63,905 bases of DNA, filler included, from Octopus bimaculoides (GCF_001194135.2; 4 parts of 3 records of this genome joined end to end with filler, not necessarily neighbours in it); one strand, 5' to 3'; shown: positions 23,462-37,948, numbered from the whole stretch's first letter. A program made the numbers and translations. The notes: a model not told the origin generated them from the sequence alone.

Positions 23462-23492
<31 letters not shown>

Positions 23493-23563
23493 ATGTGTAT
23501 ATGTATATATATGTATGTATATATATATATGTATATATGTATGTATATATATATATATATATG
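23176..23563. repeat. Compound (TA)n/(TG)n/(TATG)n microsatellite running into a gap (representative of dozens in the window)
   Basis: Direct reading. Confidence 0.98.
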
Positions 23564-24667
23564 NNNNNNNNNNNNNNNNNNNNNNNNNNNNNNNNNNNNN
23601 NNNNNNNNNNNNNNNNNNNNNNNNNNNNNNNNNNNNNNNNNNNNNNNNNNNNNNNNNNNNNNNNNNNNNNNNNNNNNNNNNNNNNNNNNNNNNNNNNNNN
23701 NNNNNNNNNNNNNNNNNNNNNNNNNNNNNNNNNNNNNNNNNNNNNNNNNNNNNNNNNNNNNNNNNNNNNNNNNNNNNNNNNNNNNNNNNNNNNNNNNNNN
23801 NNNNNNNNNNNNNNNNNNNNNNNNNNNNNNNNNNNNNNNNNNNNNNNNNNNNNNNNNNNNNNNNNNNNNNNNNNNNNNNNNNNNNNNNNNNNNNNNNNNN
23901 NNNNNNNNNNNNNNNNNNNNNNNNNNNNNNNNNNNNNNNNNNNNNNNNNNNNNNNNNNNNNNNNNNNNNNNNNNNNNNNNNNNNNNNNNNNNNNNNNNNN
24001 NNNNNNNNNNNNNNNNNNNNNNNNNNNNNNNNNNNNNNNNNNNNNNNNNNNNNNNNNNNNNNNNNNNNNNNNNNNNNNNNNNNNNNNNNNNNNNNNNNNN
24101 NNNNNNNNNNNNNNNNNNNNNNNNNNNNNNNNNNNNNNNNNNNNNNNNNNNNNNNNNNNNNNNNNNNNNNNNNNNNNNNNNNNNNNNNNNNNNNNNNNNN
24201 NNNNNNNNNNNNNNNNNNNNNNNNNNNNNNNNNNNNNNNNNNNNNNNNNNNNNNNNNNNNNNNNNNNNNNNNNNNNNNNNNNNNNNNNNNNNNNNNNNNN
24301 NNNNNNNNNNNNNNNNNNNNNNNNNNNNNNNNNNNNNNNNNNNNNNNNNNNNNNNNNNNNNNNNNNNNNNNNNNNNNNNNNNNNNNNNNNNNNNNNNNNN
24401 NNNNNNNNNNNNNNNNNNNNNNNNNNNNNNNNNNNNNNNNNNNNNNNNNNNNNNNNNNNNNNNNNNNNATATATATATTTAAATGTATGTATGTATAGGT
24501 CTCTCTCTTTCTCTTTCTTTCTCTCTCTTTCTCCCTCTCTCTCCAATGTTAAACAGAAGAATATTGCCTATATATGTGTACCACATTATTACACACACAC
24601 ACATATATATATGAATACGTATATCAGCGAACAGGTATTTACAAACGTATTCTTCTATATGAAGCTT

Positions 24668-24698
<31 letters not shown>

Positions 24699-25469
24699 AC
24701 AAGGTAGAGAGAAAAACTGATAGACGAACATAGAAAAATATATAGGAAGACAGAAAGTTAGGATAGGATGTCAAATATATAAGAAAATAGACTTATCTTT
24801 TACCACTGAAGTTATCGCAAGAAAACTTTACATTGTATCTTAGAAGAAGAGAGAAATATTTTGATTTCTTCAATACTTATTTGGAATCTATCAGAGTTAA
24901 GATTACCAAAAGAGTAGAGCTAAATGCATTACAATAATTGGTTTCGTTTCTCTCGGTTCTGTGTTTTATGTTCATACATCTGTAAAGCGGAAATAATTTT
25001 CCCCTTGGCTCCAAGGTTTACAAATATATATCTGAAGTTGCTCTAAGATATCCTTGGTTTTTAAGTCTTGACAAACCGGTTTATGCCTATTGCTTTTCAA
25101 ATGTAAGTATGAGTATATGTATGTTTCAAGTTGTAGGATTTAATAATATGGTTTCGCATCAATGTATCTGAAACTGCAAAATTTTGCATAGGAGCGCGTC
25201 TTATCAAAGAGAAACTCATAGGGTATGTGACTTTTTCTGATATTTATTTCCGAATCCGACCAGCATCTAAAAGGAAATCTAAGAATGTCGTATACTCAAA
25301 AGCACTAAAAAAAAAAACATTTGCAAAAGGAACTGATCAGAAAAGTTATTCGCTGTAATCGTATAAATTAATACAGTAGTATTTTGCAGACAATATTTTT
25401 AAAATGTATAATTTAATTTTGTTATTTATTTTCTCCATTTTTATAAGGCTTAACTTATATAACAATAAC

Positions 25470-26215
25470 AATGAAAGAAAGTGTTGTATACAGTGTTCAG
25501 GTACACTACGACAAAGAAGGAAAAAAACGCCATCAGGTGTACTGTTGGCAGATTTCAGGAAGCATGGAAGTGTTGAAGGATGTAGTGTCTCGACAGCTTC
25601 CGACTGATGCGTGTAGTTTATTCCATGCTTCACCAGTCTGAGCGTGAAAAAGTGTTTCGGAAAGTCATGGGTGCTGTGTTGTTTTTTTGATTTTGTAAGC
25701 ATGCTCATGAGTGTTTGTTATATGGAATTCAAAAAGTGCCCAAGGATGTTGTTGGAAAGATGGTGGATAATCTTATGGGTGTCTACTAAGTCAGTTGCCA
25801 GACGTCTGAGCTTCAATGTGTTCATGCCCAGGGAAGCAAGACGTTCAGAGTATGGTAGATGCCTGACGGCGGATATTCGTTTCGTTGCACGTTTCTGAAC
25901 AGCTTCCAGAAGATGTCTATGCTGAGCAAGAGAAAGGTTCCAGACTGGTGAAGCAATTTCTAAGTGTGGACGTACCATTGTCACATACAGTTTTAAATGA
26001 ATAGCTGGAGAGCAGCTGACAAAGGTCTTACTGAGTGATGCTAGGACACCCTCAGCTTTCTTGACGATCTTAGAGATGTGGTTTGTCCAACGCAGATCGC
26101 TGTTTATAATAATACCCAGATCACCTTCGCTGGAAGACTTCTTGAGATTGGTGTTGCTAGGGGAGTATGTAAAGGCTGGGTTTTTTCTTGAACCATCTAA
26201 ATTGATTGAAAGCAA
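25470..26215 (-). mobile_element. CR1/L2-group LINE 3' fragment
   Basis: Motifs EGDLGIIINSDLRWTNHI, LYVTMVRPHLEIASPVWN, LEAVQKRATKRI, YSERLASLGMNTLKLRR..DL and KHFFTLR. Confidence 0.88.
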
Positions 26216-26516
26216 CAATTATAAGTGAATCAACATTCCTGCACCAGCTGAAACATTTATCCAAAATATTGTGAATTTATATAATTGTATTTATTTCAGG
26301 TATTAATAAACCCAAGTAAGACCGTTTACTGCTGTTAGTTAAGTATATAAAGTACTCGCTGCCTTATAAATAAGTACTAATTAGTGCCTATAATTAATAA
26401 GTTGGGAAGAATTTTGTAAAATTTCTTTCGGCCATTTGAAGTATTTCAAATATTCACCAGATCATTTTCAAAAGATGTAGTCTTCCATGCTGATGACGAA
26501 AATCGCATTTTTTCCT

Positions 26517-26670
26517 ACGTGGCTGTGTGTAAGAAGCTTGCGTCCCAAACATATGGTTTCAGGTTCAGTCCCGCTGCTTGGTACCCTAGGCAAGTGTTTT
26601 CTAATATAGCCTCGGGCCGACCAAAGCCTTGTAAGTGGACTTGGTCGACAGAAACCGAAAGAAGCCCGTG

Positions 26671-26716
<46 letters not shown>

Positions 26717-27209
26717 NNNNNNNNNNNNNNNNNNNNNNNNNNNNNNNNNNNNNNNNNNNNNNNNNNNNNNNNNNNNNNNNNNNNNNNNNNNNNNNNNNNN
26801 NNNNNNNNNNNNNNNNNNNNNNNNNNNNNNNNNNNNNNNNNNNNNNNNNNNNNNNNNNNNNNNNNNNNNNNNNNNNNNNNNNNNNNNNNNNNNNNNNNNN
26901 NNNNNNNNNNNNNNNNNNNNNNNNNNNNNNNNNNNNNNNNNNNNNNNNNNNNNNNNNNNNNNNNNNNNNNNNNNNNNNNNNNNNNNNNNNNNNNNNNNNN
27001 NNNNNNNNNNNNNNNNNNNNNNNNNNNNNNNNNNNNNNNNNNNNNNNNNNNNNNNNNGCGTGGCTGTGTGGTAAGAAGCTTGCTTCTCAACCAGATAGTT
27101 CCGGGCTCAGTCCCACTGCGTTGCACCTTGGGTAACTGTCTTCTACTATAGCCTCGGGCCGACCAAAGCATTGTGAGTGGATTTGGTAGACGGAAACTGA
27201 AAGAAGCCG

Positions 27210-27240
<31 letters not shown>

Positions 27241-27400
27241 CAGTGTATGTATCTGTTTACGTCAGTGTAACTTAGCAGTTCGTCTTAAGTTACCGACAGA
27301 ATAAGTACTAGGTTCACAAAGTCCTGGGTTCGATTTGTTCAACTAAAGGTGGTGCTCCAGCATGACAGCAGTCAAATGACTGAAACAAGTAAAAGAATAA
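26517..27400 (+). mobile_element. Two SINE family C copies (26517-26672 partial; 27058-27400) either side of a gap
   Basis: GTGGCTGTGTGGTAAGAAGCTTGC heads and a CORE-like CCTTGGG(C)AA.TGT(C)TT segment. Confidence 0.85.
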
Positions 27401-28099
27401 AAGAGAATATATGTGTCTGTGTGTACACACACACACACACGTTTATGAATGTGTTGCAAGTATCCTGATGTGAAGTCGTGTGTTGAAGCATATTGTATTT
27501 CGAGACGGTAATTTTTTTTTTGCCAAATAAACACACGTTCTTCACTCGTTTATTACTGTTCTTATTCTAACTCATGTCCATTGTCCGGAAATATTTTGTC
27601 ACACATATGTGACCTCCTCGGTGACACTTTCCGTCTTCGTGTGTGCTCTTGCTCTGCTTATTCCATTCCAGAAAGAAAATGACCGTCCCGAAATACAACA
27701 ATGTGTGTGTGTGTATGTGTGTGTGTGTATGTGTACTATATGTATGTGTCTTTGTGTCTGTGTTTGTCCCCTACTACCGCTTGGCAACCGGTGTTGGTGT
27801 GCTTACATCCCCGTAACCTAGCGGTTCGGCAAAAGAGACCGGTAGAATAAGTCCCAGGTTTAACAAAATAAAAAAATCAATAAATAATGTGGTCAATTCA
27901 TTCGACTAAAGGTTCTACTAAGCAGTGCCCCAGCATGGCCGCCGTCTAACGACTGAAACAAGTAAAATGTGAAAGATAAAACGATAAGTTACATAGGTGT
28001 AGAAAATTTAGAAAAAAATTCTGGCGGAAAATATGAAATACTTCGCGTGATCGGAAGAAATTTAACATGATCCGTTGAAGATAAGTCTTTTGTCTAAGC

Positions 28100-28312
28100 C
28101 AGTGGTTCTCAACCGGGGTGTCCATATGGCCCCTGAGGGTCCATATAAGATTCTTGGAGGTCCATTTTAGTGAATGTGTGAAAAACAAAATAAGATTTTT
28201 GAAAGAAGTTTCCATAAAGCTAGATTTTAAACATCTAATGGCTATGGGAGTCCACTATAGTAAAGTAGTACTGAAAGGGGTCCATAGATAAAAAAATGGT
28301 TGAGAACCCTTG
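28100..28312. mobile_element. hAT-superfamily MITE (213 bp)
   Basis: 15-bp TIR CAGTGGTTCTCAACC / GGTTGAGAACCCTTG (2 mismatches); perfect 8-bp TSD GTCTAAGC at 28092-28099 and 28313-28320. Confidence 0.92.
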
Positions 28313-28445
28313 GTCTAAGCCACCACATACTGCAACCTTCGATATTCTATATAAAATAGGTTCTATCAATAGGATCTAAATAATTGCATTTTATTAAAGC
28401 ATGCCTAAAAATATTTTACAATTATTCCTCAGTAATCAAAATATG

Positions 28446-28831
28446 GTGGAGGCGCAATGGCCCAGTGGTGAGGGCAGTGGACTCGCGGTCATAGGATCGC
28501 GGTTTCGATTCCCAGACCGGGCGTTGTGAGTGTTTATTGAGCGAAAACACCTAAATCTCCACGAGGTTCTGGCAGGGGATGGTGGCGAACCCTGTTGTAC
28601 TCTTCCGCCTCAACTTTCTCTCACTCTTACTTCCTGTTTCTGTTGTGCCTGTAATTCGAAGGGCCAGCCTTCTCACACTCTGTGTCACGCTGAATGTCCC
28701 CGAGAACTACGTTAAGGGTACACGTGTCTGTGGAGTGCTCAGCCACTTGCACGTTAATTTCACGAGCAGGCTGTTCCGTTGATCGGATCAACTGGAACCC
28801 TCGTCGTCGTAAGCGACGGAGTGCCAACAAC
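28446..28831 (+). mobile_element. Full-length tRNA-derived SINE (family B)
   Basis: tRNA-like head; 12-bp TSD AATCAAAATATG at 28434-28445 and 28832-28843. Confidence 0.9.
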
Positions 28832-29579
28832 AATCAAAATATGATTTAGAATTAATGCATTCGGTTTTTGTATCTGGTTTGCAAGATTCTTTATGTGAAT
28901 TTGGTGGATGGAAACCACGTGGGAGCTTGTTGTGTGTATGTGTGTGTGTGTGTGTGGATGTGCATCATCATAGCTTGACAACCGATGTTGGTTTGTTTAC
29001 GTTCCCATAACTTAGCAGTTCCGCAAAAAGAAGCCAATAGATTAAGTGTATGATTTTTTTTTCAAAAAAAAGGTAGATAAATCCTGTTCAACAAAACCTT
29101 TCAATGGCGCTGCACCAACATGGTCACAGTCTTATGTGTGAATCAAGTAAGAAATAAAAGGTGAAGGTAGGGTTCCCTGAAAAAAATAACGCGAGAAAGT
29201 TATTCATTAGTGTTAGGATTTCTAACATTGGCACATTTAAATAGATTTTGGTAATAACTCAAATAGATTCCATTATTCCGTTTTTGTATTTAGTTTGCTA
29301 TTGTGATATAAACACGTGTGTTTACATTGTAACTTATGGATAGAAAAAAATTCGCTGTATCTTGGGAGGGTCATTATGTCAATAATAAACACACACTGGT
29401 TTAATTTCACTTCTTTATTCATTAGTCAATTCGTCTGTTATTTATCCAATTAATTGGTCGCTTGCTTAATCAGTCGATTAAATAGTCAATCAATTGTCAA
29501 AGTCCTTTCGTCGCCATTCACGGCCTCATCAATGGCACGTGCTTTCTCCTCCTGGTCTGTATCAAATCAGTCAATTGAA

Positions 29580-29805
29580 GGCGGCGAGCTGGCAGAATCG
29601 TTAGCATGCCGGGCGAAATGCTTAACGGTATTTCGTCTGCCGCTACGTTCTGAGTTCAAATTCCGCTGAGGTCGACTTTGCCTTTCATCCTTTCGGGGTC
29701 GATTAAATAAGTACCAGATACGCACTGGAGTCGATGTAATCGACTTAGTCCTTTTGTCTGTCCCTGTTTGTCCCCTCTATGTTTAGCTCCTTGTGGGCAA
29801 TAAAT
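29580..29805 (+). mobile_element. SINE family A
   Basis: Close to family consensus seen in this window. Confidence 0.9.
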
Positions 29806-30329
29806 AATTAAATTGACTGATTGTTTAACCGACTGATTAAACAAGCAATTGATTAGTTAGTAAAATAGCTAAGCAGTTAATTAATTAAGNNNNNNNNNNN
29901 NNNNNNNNNNNNNNNNNNNNNNNNNNNNNNNNNNNNNNNNNNNNNNNNNNNNNNNNNNNNNNNNNNNNNNNNNNNNNNNNNNNNNNNNNNNNNNNNNNNN
30001 NNNNNNNNNNNNNNNNNNNNNNNNNNNNNNNNNNNNNNNNNNNNNNNNNNNNNNNNNNNNNNNNNNNNNNNNNNNNNNNNNNNNNNNNNNNNNNNNNNNN
30101 NNNNNNNNNNNNNNNNNNNNNNNNNNNNNNNNNNNNNNNNNNNNNNNNNNNNNNNNNNNNNNNNNNNNNNNNNNNNNNNNNNNNNNNNNNNNNNNNNNNN
30201 NNNNNNNNNNNNNNNNNNNNNNNNNNNNNNNNNNNNNNNNNNNNNNNNNNNNNNNNNNNNNNNNNNNNNNNNNNNNNNNNNNNNNNNNNNTCGACACCGT
30301 TGCCTGTTTTAGCATATTTAATAAACTTT

Positions 30330-30545
30330 TCTGCTATAGGCGCAAGGCCTGAAATTTGCTGTTGGAGTTGTAGGGTGAGTGGAGTAAGTCTATTACATCG
30401 ACTCCAGTGTCCAACTGTTACTTATTTTATCGGCCCCTAAAGGATGAAAGGCAAAGCGGAATTTGAACTCAGAACGTAAAACCAGAAGAAATGCTGTTAA
30501 ACATTAAATCCACCTTGCTAGCGATTCTACCAGTTCGCCGCCTTT
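30330..30545 (-). mobile_element. SINE family A (diverged)
   Basis: Reverse-complement match including GGATGAAAGGCAAAG and ...TCGCCGCCTT. Confidence 0.8.
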
Positions 30546-30949
30546 TAAGGCGTACTTAATGAAAGCGTATTGCTATAATTAAATTAGAATTAGCCTGAAA
30601 AGATTGAAAAAGGAATGGCCAAATTATCATGTTTAATAAAATTAAGATAGTTTCCAACTTTTCAAACATGTCCAACAAAATACCCGAAAAAAAAAATTGT
30701 ATGGATGAAAACTTTATTTTTCAGAAAAAAAGCATCACGACCAACGTAGTTGCGACAGGATAGTCCTCCTCGATATTTTCTTCAATGTGAAGCGCGAATG
30801 ATGCTTTGTCAAGCTAAGATGTGTGTTCTATGTTACGAAGGGACAAAAGCTGTTCGATGCAGGCGGCAACAAAATGAGTTCCCAGTTCTGTGGAGTGGGG
30901 GCGTTTCTGAGAAAAGTTCCGAATAAGAGGAGCTAGAATAAATATCTAG

Positions 30950-32420
30950 CATGGTTGGGATCCTGATCATCTTAGATCAAACGAAAATCTTCGATAGAAT
31001 CGACCACTGATACACGGTTTTGGTTCCGTATACAGAGGTTGGATTATCACATCTGCTCAGTAGTCAGAATCGTTCAGTATCATGTTCTCTGTACGTCATG
31101 GTTGTCCCGTATCAACTCTTTTGTATGTACTGACTCTAGAGCCACAACTGCAGAAACTAGAGGCTTTGAAGTGTGTGCGGACGTCACCGTAATAGTGTCA
31201 GACGCCAAGCATATCGAAATGATGAGCACTATTATAAGGGAGTACGAAGCGGTGAAAAAACCCAAAATTAGTCAGGAAAAGTCAATGAATGTGGAACTAG
31301 GCACCTGGAGACGCAAATCCATGCTGTCCAACATCATCATGGGATGCTGGATGAACAGACCGGTTATATTGCTTGGGGTCTTGTTTGGTCCATATATTCA
31401 GATGGGAAAGAACTGGCACGCGGTAAAGTACAAGGCTCTCACTCTCAGAAACTGGCCCAGAAGTTATCTCTGAAGGGTCGAGCATATTTGCTTCTAACAT
31501 TTTTACCTCCTGACCGTCGTGTCTTGCTCCGGTTCACGTCTGGATCATCTGGTCTTCGGCTTTTTGCGGAAGTCATGCGTTCTACTTGTCAAATAGCCCA
31601 TCTGCTGTCAACACTAGCTACGTGGAGGACTGGGTACGACGTGGTTAATGATGTGCAGAGGTTACATCTCCAGCGTTTACTGAATAGTGAACACATGTGG
31701 TCACTGACTGTCAAACAGTTTTTTTTTTTTTTTACCCAGCTCTTCTCTGCGAAAGAGCGGCAGTTCTGGTATCTAGAATGTAGTTTAGTTCTCAGAGCTT
31801 CTGCATTGGTATTCTGTAGAGGATTAGTGGTGAGCAAAAGCGACGACGTTCTCGGGGAAACTCTGAGCATCGAACAAAATCAACAGGATGATCTGATCTA
31901 AGGGACTTTTAGTCCGGACTTATAGATAATTTCCAGAAATCCTTGGGGTGGCAGTGTTGCTCGCGAGCATTGCCGATTTGAGATAAACTCTAGAAATATC
32001 ACCAGCCGGTCCTGTCCGAGTTGTGCGCAGAGCAATGAACCCATTCTATAGGGAATCGTGCAGTGTCCGTACATTGCTAACCTGTGTACTACTGTCGAAC
32101 AGCTGCTATCACGCGTGGAACGGATCCGGCTATCAGCAGAATTCGTTGTGAAGATCGTCGCCCTCTTTCTTTGAACAGAAAATACAGGCTGTTTGTATCT
32201 GTCTAGTGGCCATGGCGAAAAATGCTGTGTGGTGGGACAAACTTGAAAGAACTGAAGACAGTACTTTCTTTTTGGCCAAGGCCTCATCAACTTTTTCGAG
32301 ATTCCCTTGAAAAGAAATCTGAGGACTGTGGGGTGAAAAAGTTAGCTTCCAGCAAATTCGTTGAAAGGAAGATGAGACGAGCGAGCATGATCCGAATGGA
32401 TGGGCCTTTTATGAGTATAC
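30950..32420 (+). mobile_element. Tx1/L1-group LINE fragment (RT through C-terminal region), heavily decayed
   Basis: Motifs LDQTKIFDRIDH, SVRHGCP, (Y)ADVTVIVSD, YEAVKKPKISQEKS..LGTWR and PVILLGVLFGP..QMGKNW. Confidence 0.75.
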
Positions 32421-32669
32421 TTTCTTTTATAATTGGAGGGGGACAACATGGAATGGGTGCATTGCTTTAGTGTGTGGTATCCACGAGTAACACTCGGAGG
32501 TCCCTCTGCCATTGAGGAATTTTCATTGTTTAAAATTTTCGTGCAACCAAGTTGTTTTTATTTACATTTTGTTTACATGCATAAACCCACCTCCATTTTT
32601 ATAACCTTGTCGCTGTAATGTATAGGGAGCCCTGATGGCTAATAAAGAAACCATCACCACCGCCACCAC

Positions 32670-32717
<48 letters not shown>

Positions 32718-33527
32718 TATTATTATTATATCTTTACATCTTACCTCTACACTTTGCCTATTCACAGAGATAAGAAGTAGGGATTAGAGGTCTTTTTTGG
32801 CTCTTTATGTTTTTATTTTGTGTTTTGTTTATTATCTATTTTCTCAAGTGTCGCCTTCCCCTTCCCCTTTGTTTATCTATATTTTCTTAATTCTGTATTT
32901 CCCCTCACCCAGATTTTATTTTTTTCCCTTTTTTTTTTTTTTTTTTTTTTTTTTACCTTTGCTACATTTTAACATCATCCCACGTACTTTTTCTTTTTTT
33001 TCTTCTTTTTCTTTTCTATCTTTTTCTTTCTTAAGTATTCCTCTTTCAATATTTCAGCCTCTGATGTTTTCTACAGATTACTGTCCGTCCATTCTCGTGT
33101 TATTTTAACTCGTTTCTAGCGCTCCCTAGTGATTGACATTAAGATGTCTCCCTAATGTCAGTCATTGTTGCTGTCAATCCGACAGAAATGCGCACTGTCT
33201 CATGAAAGTTGTTTAAAATAGGTTAGCTTTAAGTGAATTTAGCGGGGCGGAAGACACAAAGAATGTCGCTTGTCTCACCTAATACTCTCCCAGGAGGGAA
33301 AGAACTTTTAACAATTCATCTGCTCAAGCGGAACTCACTGTTGTAATCGGATTTAAAAGGTCTGCTGTGCCAGAAAACCATTTCTTTATTACTGTGTCTT
33401 ACTCTCTTGTTCCCCCGTAAGCTATCCTAAAGGGCGGGCGCGAATAAAAGGAGAAGAAAACATGATCTTTTATATTACAAGGTGAACATGCTGATATGAA
33501 ACCTGTTTTTAAAACATTTTATTGTAA

Positions 33528-33593
<66 letters not shown>

Positions 33594-33829
33594 GTTAAAA
33601 ATATCAGATCACCAATAAAACAATATGATTTCAACCAGCAATCAAAATTTATTTATTCATTTATTTATTTGTTTATCATCTCTTTTGCGAAGATCATTTT
33701 CCTGGGGTGAGGATAAATAGCATTATATTAGTTATATCTGCTATATCACATCCTAACTACTACTGAACTGTAATGATTGCTTATACAAATTTGCATCAAT
33801 TTTGAATCCATGCTCACATATAAATATAC

Positions 33830-33939
<110 letters not shown>

Positions 33940-35024
33940 CTGTACACATACAAACGATAAACAACATAAGTAGGCTTAGTTACCCACTAATATACATACA
34001 TCAAATTATTTTGTCTCAGTTGGCTCCAAAGAAGCGCCATCATAAGTTGGAATAGAAGACAGAATGCCACGCTATAAACTTGAAGGTAAAACAAAAAACG
34101 AGTTATTTTGTTATTCTTATTTGAATTATTATCAGAAACACAAAGAACATTGGCCAACCTCAACGAAAATAATGATCATTATCTATAATTATCATTTATA
34201 ATAACAATTCTGAACACTCTTGTAGCAGAATGCCAGCAAATTTCGTTTCTTAAATTTCTTTAAATTTTAGTGGTTATCTGATATATATTCAGTACTGGAT
34301 TTTTCTTTCTTTGTCGTAGGATATATATATATATCTCTCTCTTTCTGTAAAGTAAATCAGCCATTCAACCGCAGGATATTTGCCAGTATAGTCGCCACTG
34401 TATAAAATATGAAATCATTTTGAATAAAAATTTTAAAAAAAAAAAACTGAAATAACGTTTACCAGCAAAAAGATAAAATAACAATATAAATTCGTTAAAT
34501 ATTTAGAAATCACAAATGCAATAAATCTCTCTTTAAAAAAAGAGAAAAGCATTAGAAGTTTTCAGAATATTTATTATTGATTAAATTTTCTCTAAGAATG
34601 TGATGCTGTCTGATACAATTCTTAAACGAGAACAATAGCAAAATTGAAAACAATAAAGTTTGGCTATAGCATATGGGGTAATATTTAAGATGTACTCAGT
34701 ATAATATATTTCTAAAAGTGTGTGTGTGTGTGTGTGTGTGTATTATATTATATATCATATAAAAACTAAATGCACACCTAAACGTTCAAGAAGCAAATAC
34801 ACACACATAAACTTATTTTATCGATATAGACACACAACTCTACAGACACTGACATATAGCATACACACACACACACACACACATACATGGATACACACAT
34901 TCATTCATATATATATANNNNNNNNNNNNNNNNNNNNNNNNNNNNNNNNNNNNNNNNNNNNATATGAATGAACGTATGTATCCATGTGTGTGTGTGCTAT
35001 ATGTCTGCCTGTAAAGCTATATCC

Positions 35025-35065
<41 letters not shown>

Positions 35066-36456
35066 AATGTAAAAAGTATATAAAGCTGTTACTGTTATGT
35101 AAACGTTGATCTGTACAGCATGCATTTTCTGACGTCATACCTAGAGCAAGTAGCTGTTATTAATTTCTTTCATGCTCGAGTTATTATTATTGTAACAATG
35201 TTTTTTTTTTCCTTTTTAATGCGTTATTTGACTTACGTAAAATAAAGTCAATACCCACAAAGGACACTGCTTCTTAAAACTTTTGACTCATGTAGAACTC
35301 ATGCATACAGATCCTTTGCAAGTATTGATCTGTAGTGGATGGCACTTACTTGGGCATTTATGGCTTCAATAAAACAATATGATTTCAACCAGCAATCAAA
35401 AAGGGAAGTAGATGAGCCAACAACGGACTGACTTTCTGTATAGTCGATCAACCCGTTAGAACAGCAGTTAAATTCTTCTTTAAACCGTCGTGCCTCATTA
35501 AAAAGGAACGCATCAGACAATGTTGTCCGAAGGAAGGTTGTTTGATCATAGGTGTGCTTCGCCTAAGTTTTGATCATTCTTGTGCTTCGCTGAGGCTGAC
35601 TTTGGGCCAAGACGAAAAAAAAAATACTTGTAGTAATGAGGTATTCTAGAAGTAACAACTGCATTGCCTTCGTAATGAAACCCTAATGTCTTAAAAAGAA
35701 AAAGGGGAATATACTTTGTATAATGTAGTCGTAGATGTGTTAGACTGAAAAAAAAAATAACCTGTCGGAATATATTTGAACTTGAGTCTGCTCGATCAGG
35801 CCGAACCTAAACTTAACAACAACAACAATGCCCAACAACAACAACAACAGCAACAACAACAACAACAGCAACAACAACAAAACGCCGGCTTCGTCATTGC
35901 TTTCCAAATTCTATGCTCCATAAATCGATTTCTTTTTCATGGAGCTCAAACATTAAACATATTTTTATGAGCAATAGGTAGAGTTAAAGATTCGAAGCAT
36001 TTTTGGCCTAATGGCTTTTTTGACTTTTTGACTTTTTGGCTTTTTGGCATACTCTCAAGAGAGTATTAGTAACAAAGTGGCATAAATCAGCTTCAGCGTA
36101 AGTTCAAGCCAACATCACAGTATCGGTTTATCAAGAAGTAATCTATTTTCCATGGGGCCCACATACATAAATATTTACAAATGTAAACGTATATCTTTTT
36201 AAGTCACAACACATATTTAAACAACAAATTATCGTATTGTTTCATGAAATCTTAATGCAACCTTAAATAACTTAGGTTGTCTTTAATAGACGTCAACAAT
36301 CTTACAAGCCTAAATGAAATACAGAAGTGATACATTTTATGATTATGTCTTGAGAATTACATTCACTAAGTTTCTTGCGCAATTTCTTTGTCAAGATTGA
36401 TCACAAGTGCCTGTATGCAAACACGTGCATACAAACGTTGTACACATATGTATGTG

Positions 36457-36530
<74 letters not shown>

Positions 36531-36630
36531 NNNNNNNNNNNNNNNNNNNNNNNNNNNNNNNNNNNNNNNNNNNNTTAATTAATTAANNNNNNNNNNNNNN
36601 NNNNNNNNNNNNNNNNNNNNNNNNNNNNNN

Positions 36631-36678
<48 letters not shown>

Positions 36679-36776
36679 ACACACACACACACAAACATAC
36701 ATATACATACTTATATGTGCATACATATACGTACATACATATACATACATACATACATATAGAAAACATATGTACG

Positions 36777-37112
36777 AGTGGCTGTGTGGTAAGTAGCTTG
36801 CTTACCAACCACATGGTTCTGGGTTCAGTCCCACTGCGTGGCACCTTGTGAGTGGATTTGGTAGACGGAAACTGAAAGAAGCCCGTCGTATATATGTATA
36901 TATATGTATGTGTTTGTGTGTCTGTGTTTGTCCCCCAACATCGTTTGACCACCGATGGTGGTGTGCTTACGTCCCCGTAACTTAGCGGTTCGGCAAAAGA
37001 CACCGATAGAATAAGTACTAGGCTTCCAAAAAATAAGTCCTGGAGTCGATTTGCTCGACTAAAAGGCGGTGCTCCAGCATGGCCGCAGTCAAATGACTGA
37101 AACAAGTAAAAG
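36777..37112 (+). mobile_element. SINE family C, near full length with an internal deletion
   Basis: Head, central (TA/TG) tract and 3' GCGGTGCTCCAGCATGGCCGCAGTC...GAAACAAGTAAAAG. Confidence 0.88.
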
Positions 37113-37948
37113 AGTAAAAGAATATATATACACACACCTATATACATATATATACACGTACGTATACACACATATACATATATTCATACACACCCCGCCC
37201 ATATACATACATGATTTCATGTCGCATACGCATGTGAAAACCCCATATACATGTTCACAGAAACACGGCATAGAAATTATGAAACGGTTGCGTATATCCA
37301 ATCGTTTTTAGATGTTCGTCAGAACGTAACTCGCAGCAACGTGTGTGTGTGTGTGTGTGTGTGTAATGTAGAGTTTTTACTTCATATATTATGTTGTCAT
37401 CCGCAGTTACCCCCCTTAGCTGAACTTCGCTGTTTCTCCACATTTCGTTGTTTTAATGTTATTAAGAACAAGATATAGAATGAATATATGATATATATGA
37501 ATATATAACAGGAGTCTCTCTCGGTTATTGAATGATTTGAAAAGTTGTCCTGTCCATGGAAAATAAAGTCTATACTTTCGTCAGCGTTGTTCTTCGAATC
37601 ACTAACACAGACCGGCAACGAACAGTCAAGGGTTCGTTTCCGAAGAATGGCAGCTGCATTATACATAGCACTTCATTTTTTCTTTCTCTCCAAGATTTAA
37701 CACACGTACGCACATATATACGATATACATATACATAGGCGTGGCTGTTTGCTAAAACGCTTGCTTCCAAACCACACGGTCCCGGGTTCAGTCCTACAGC
37801 GTGGCACCTTGAAACCGTGCTTTCGACTATAGCTTCGAGCCGACCAAAGTCGAGAAGATTTGGTAGAACGAACAGAAACCGAAAGAAGCTTGTTGTCCGC
37901 ATGTGTGTGTCTTTCTATCTATCTATATATATACATACATACATACAT

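Noticed and set aside
35815-35882. (CAA/CAG)n poly-N/poly-Q ORF
   Set aside because: No splice signals or protein-like flanks; a simple trinucleotide repeat.
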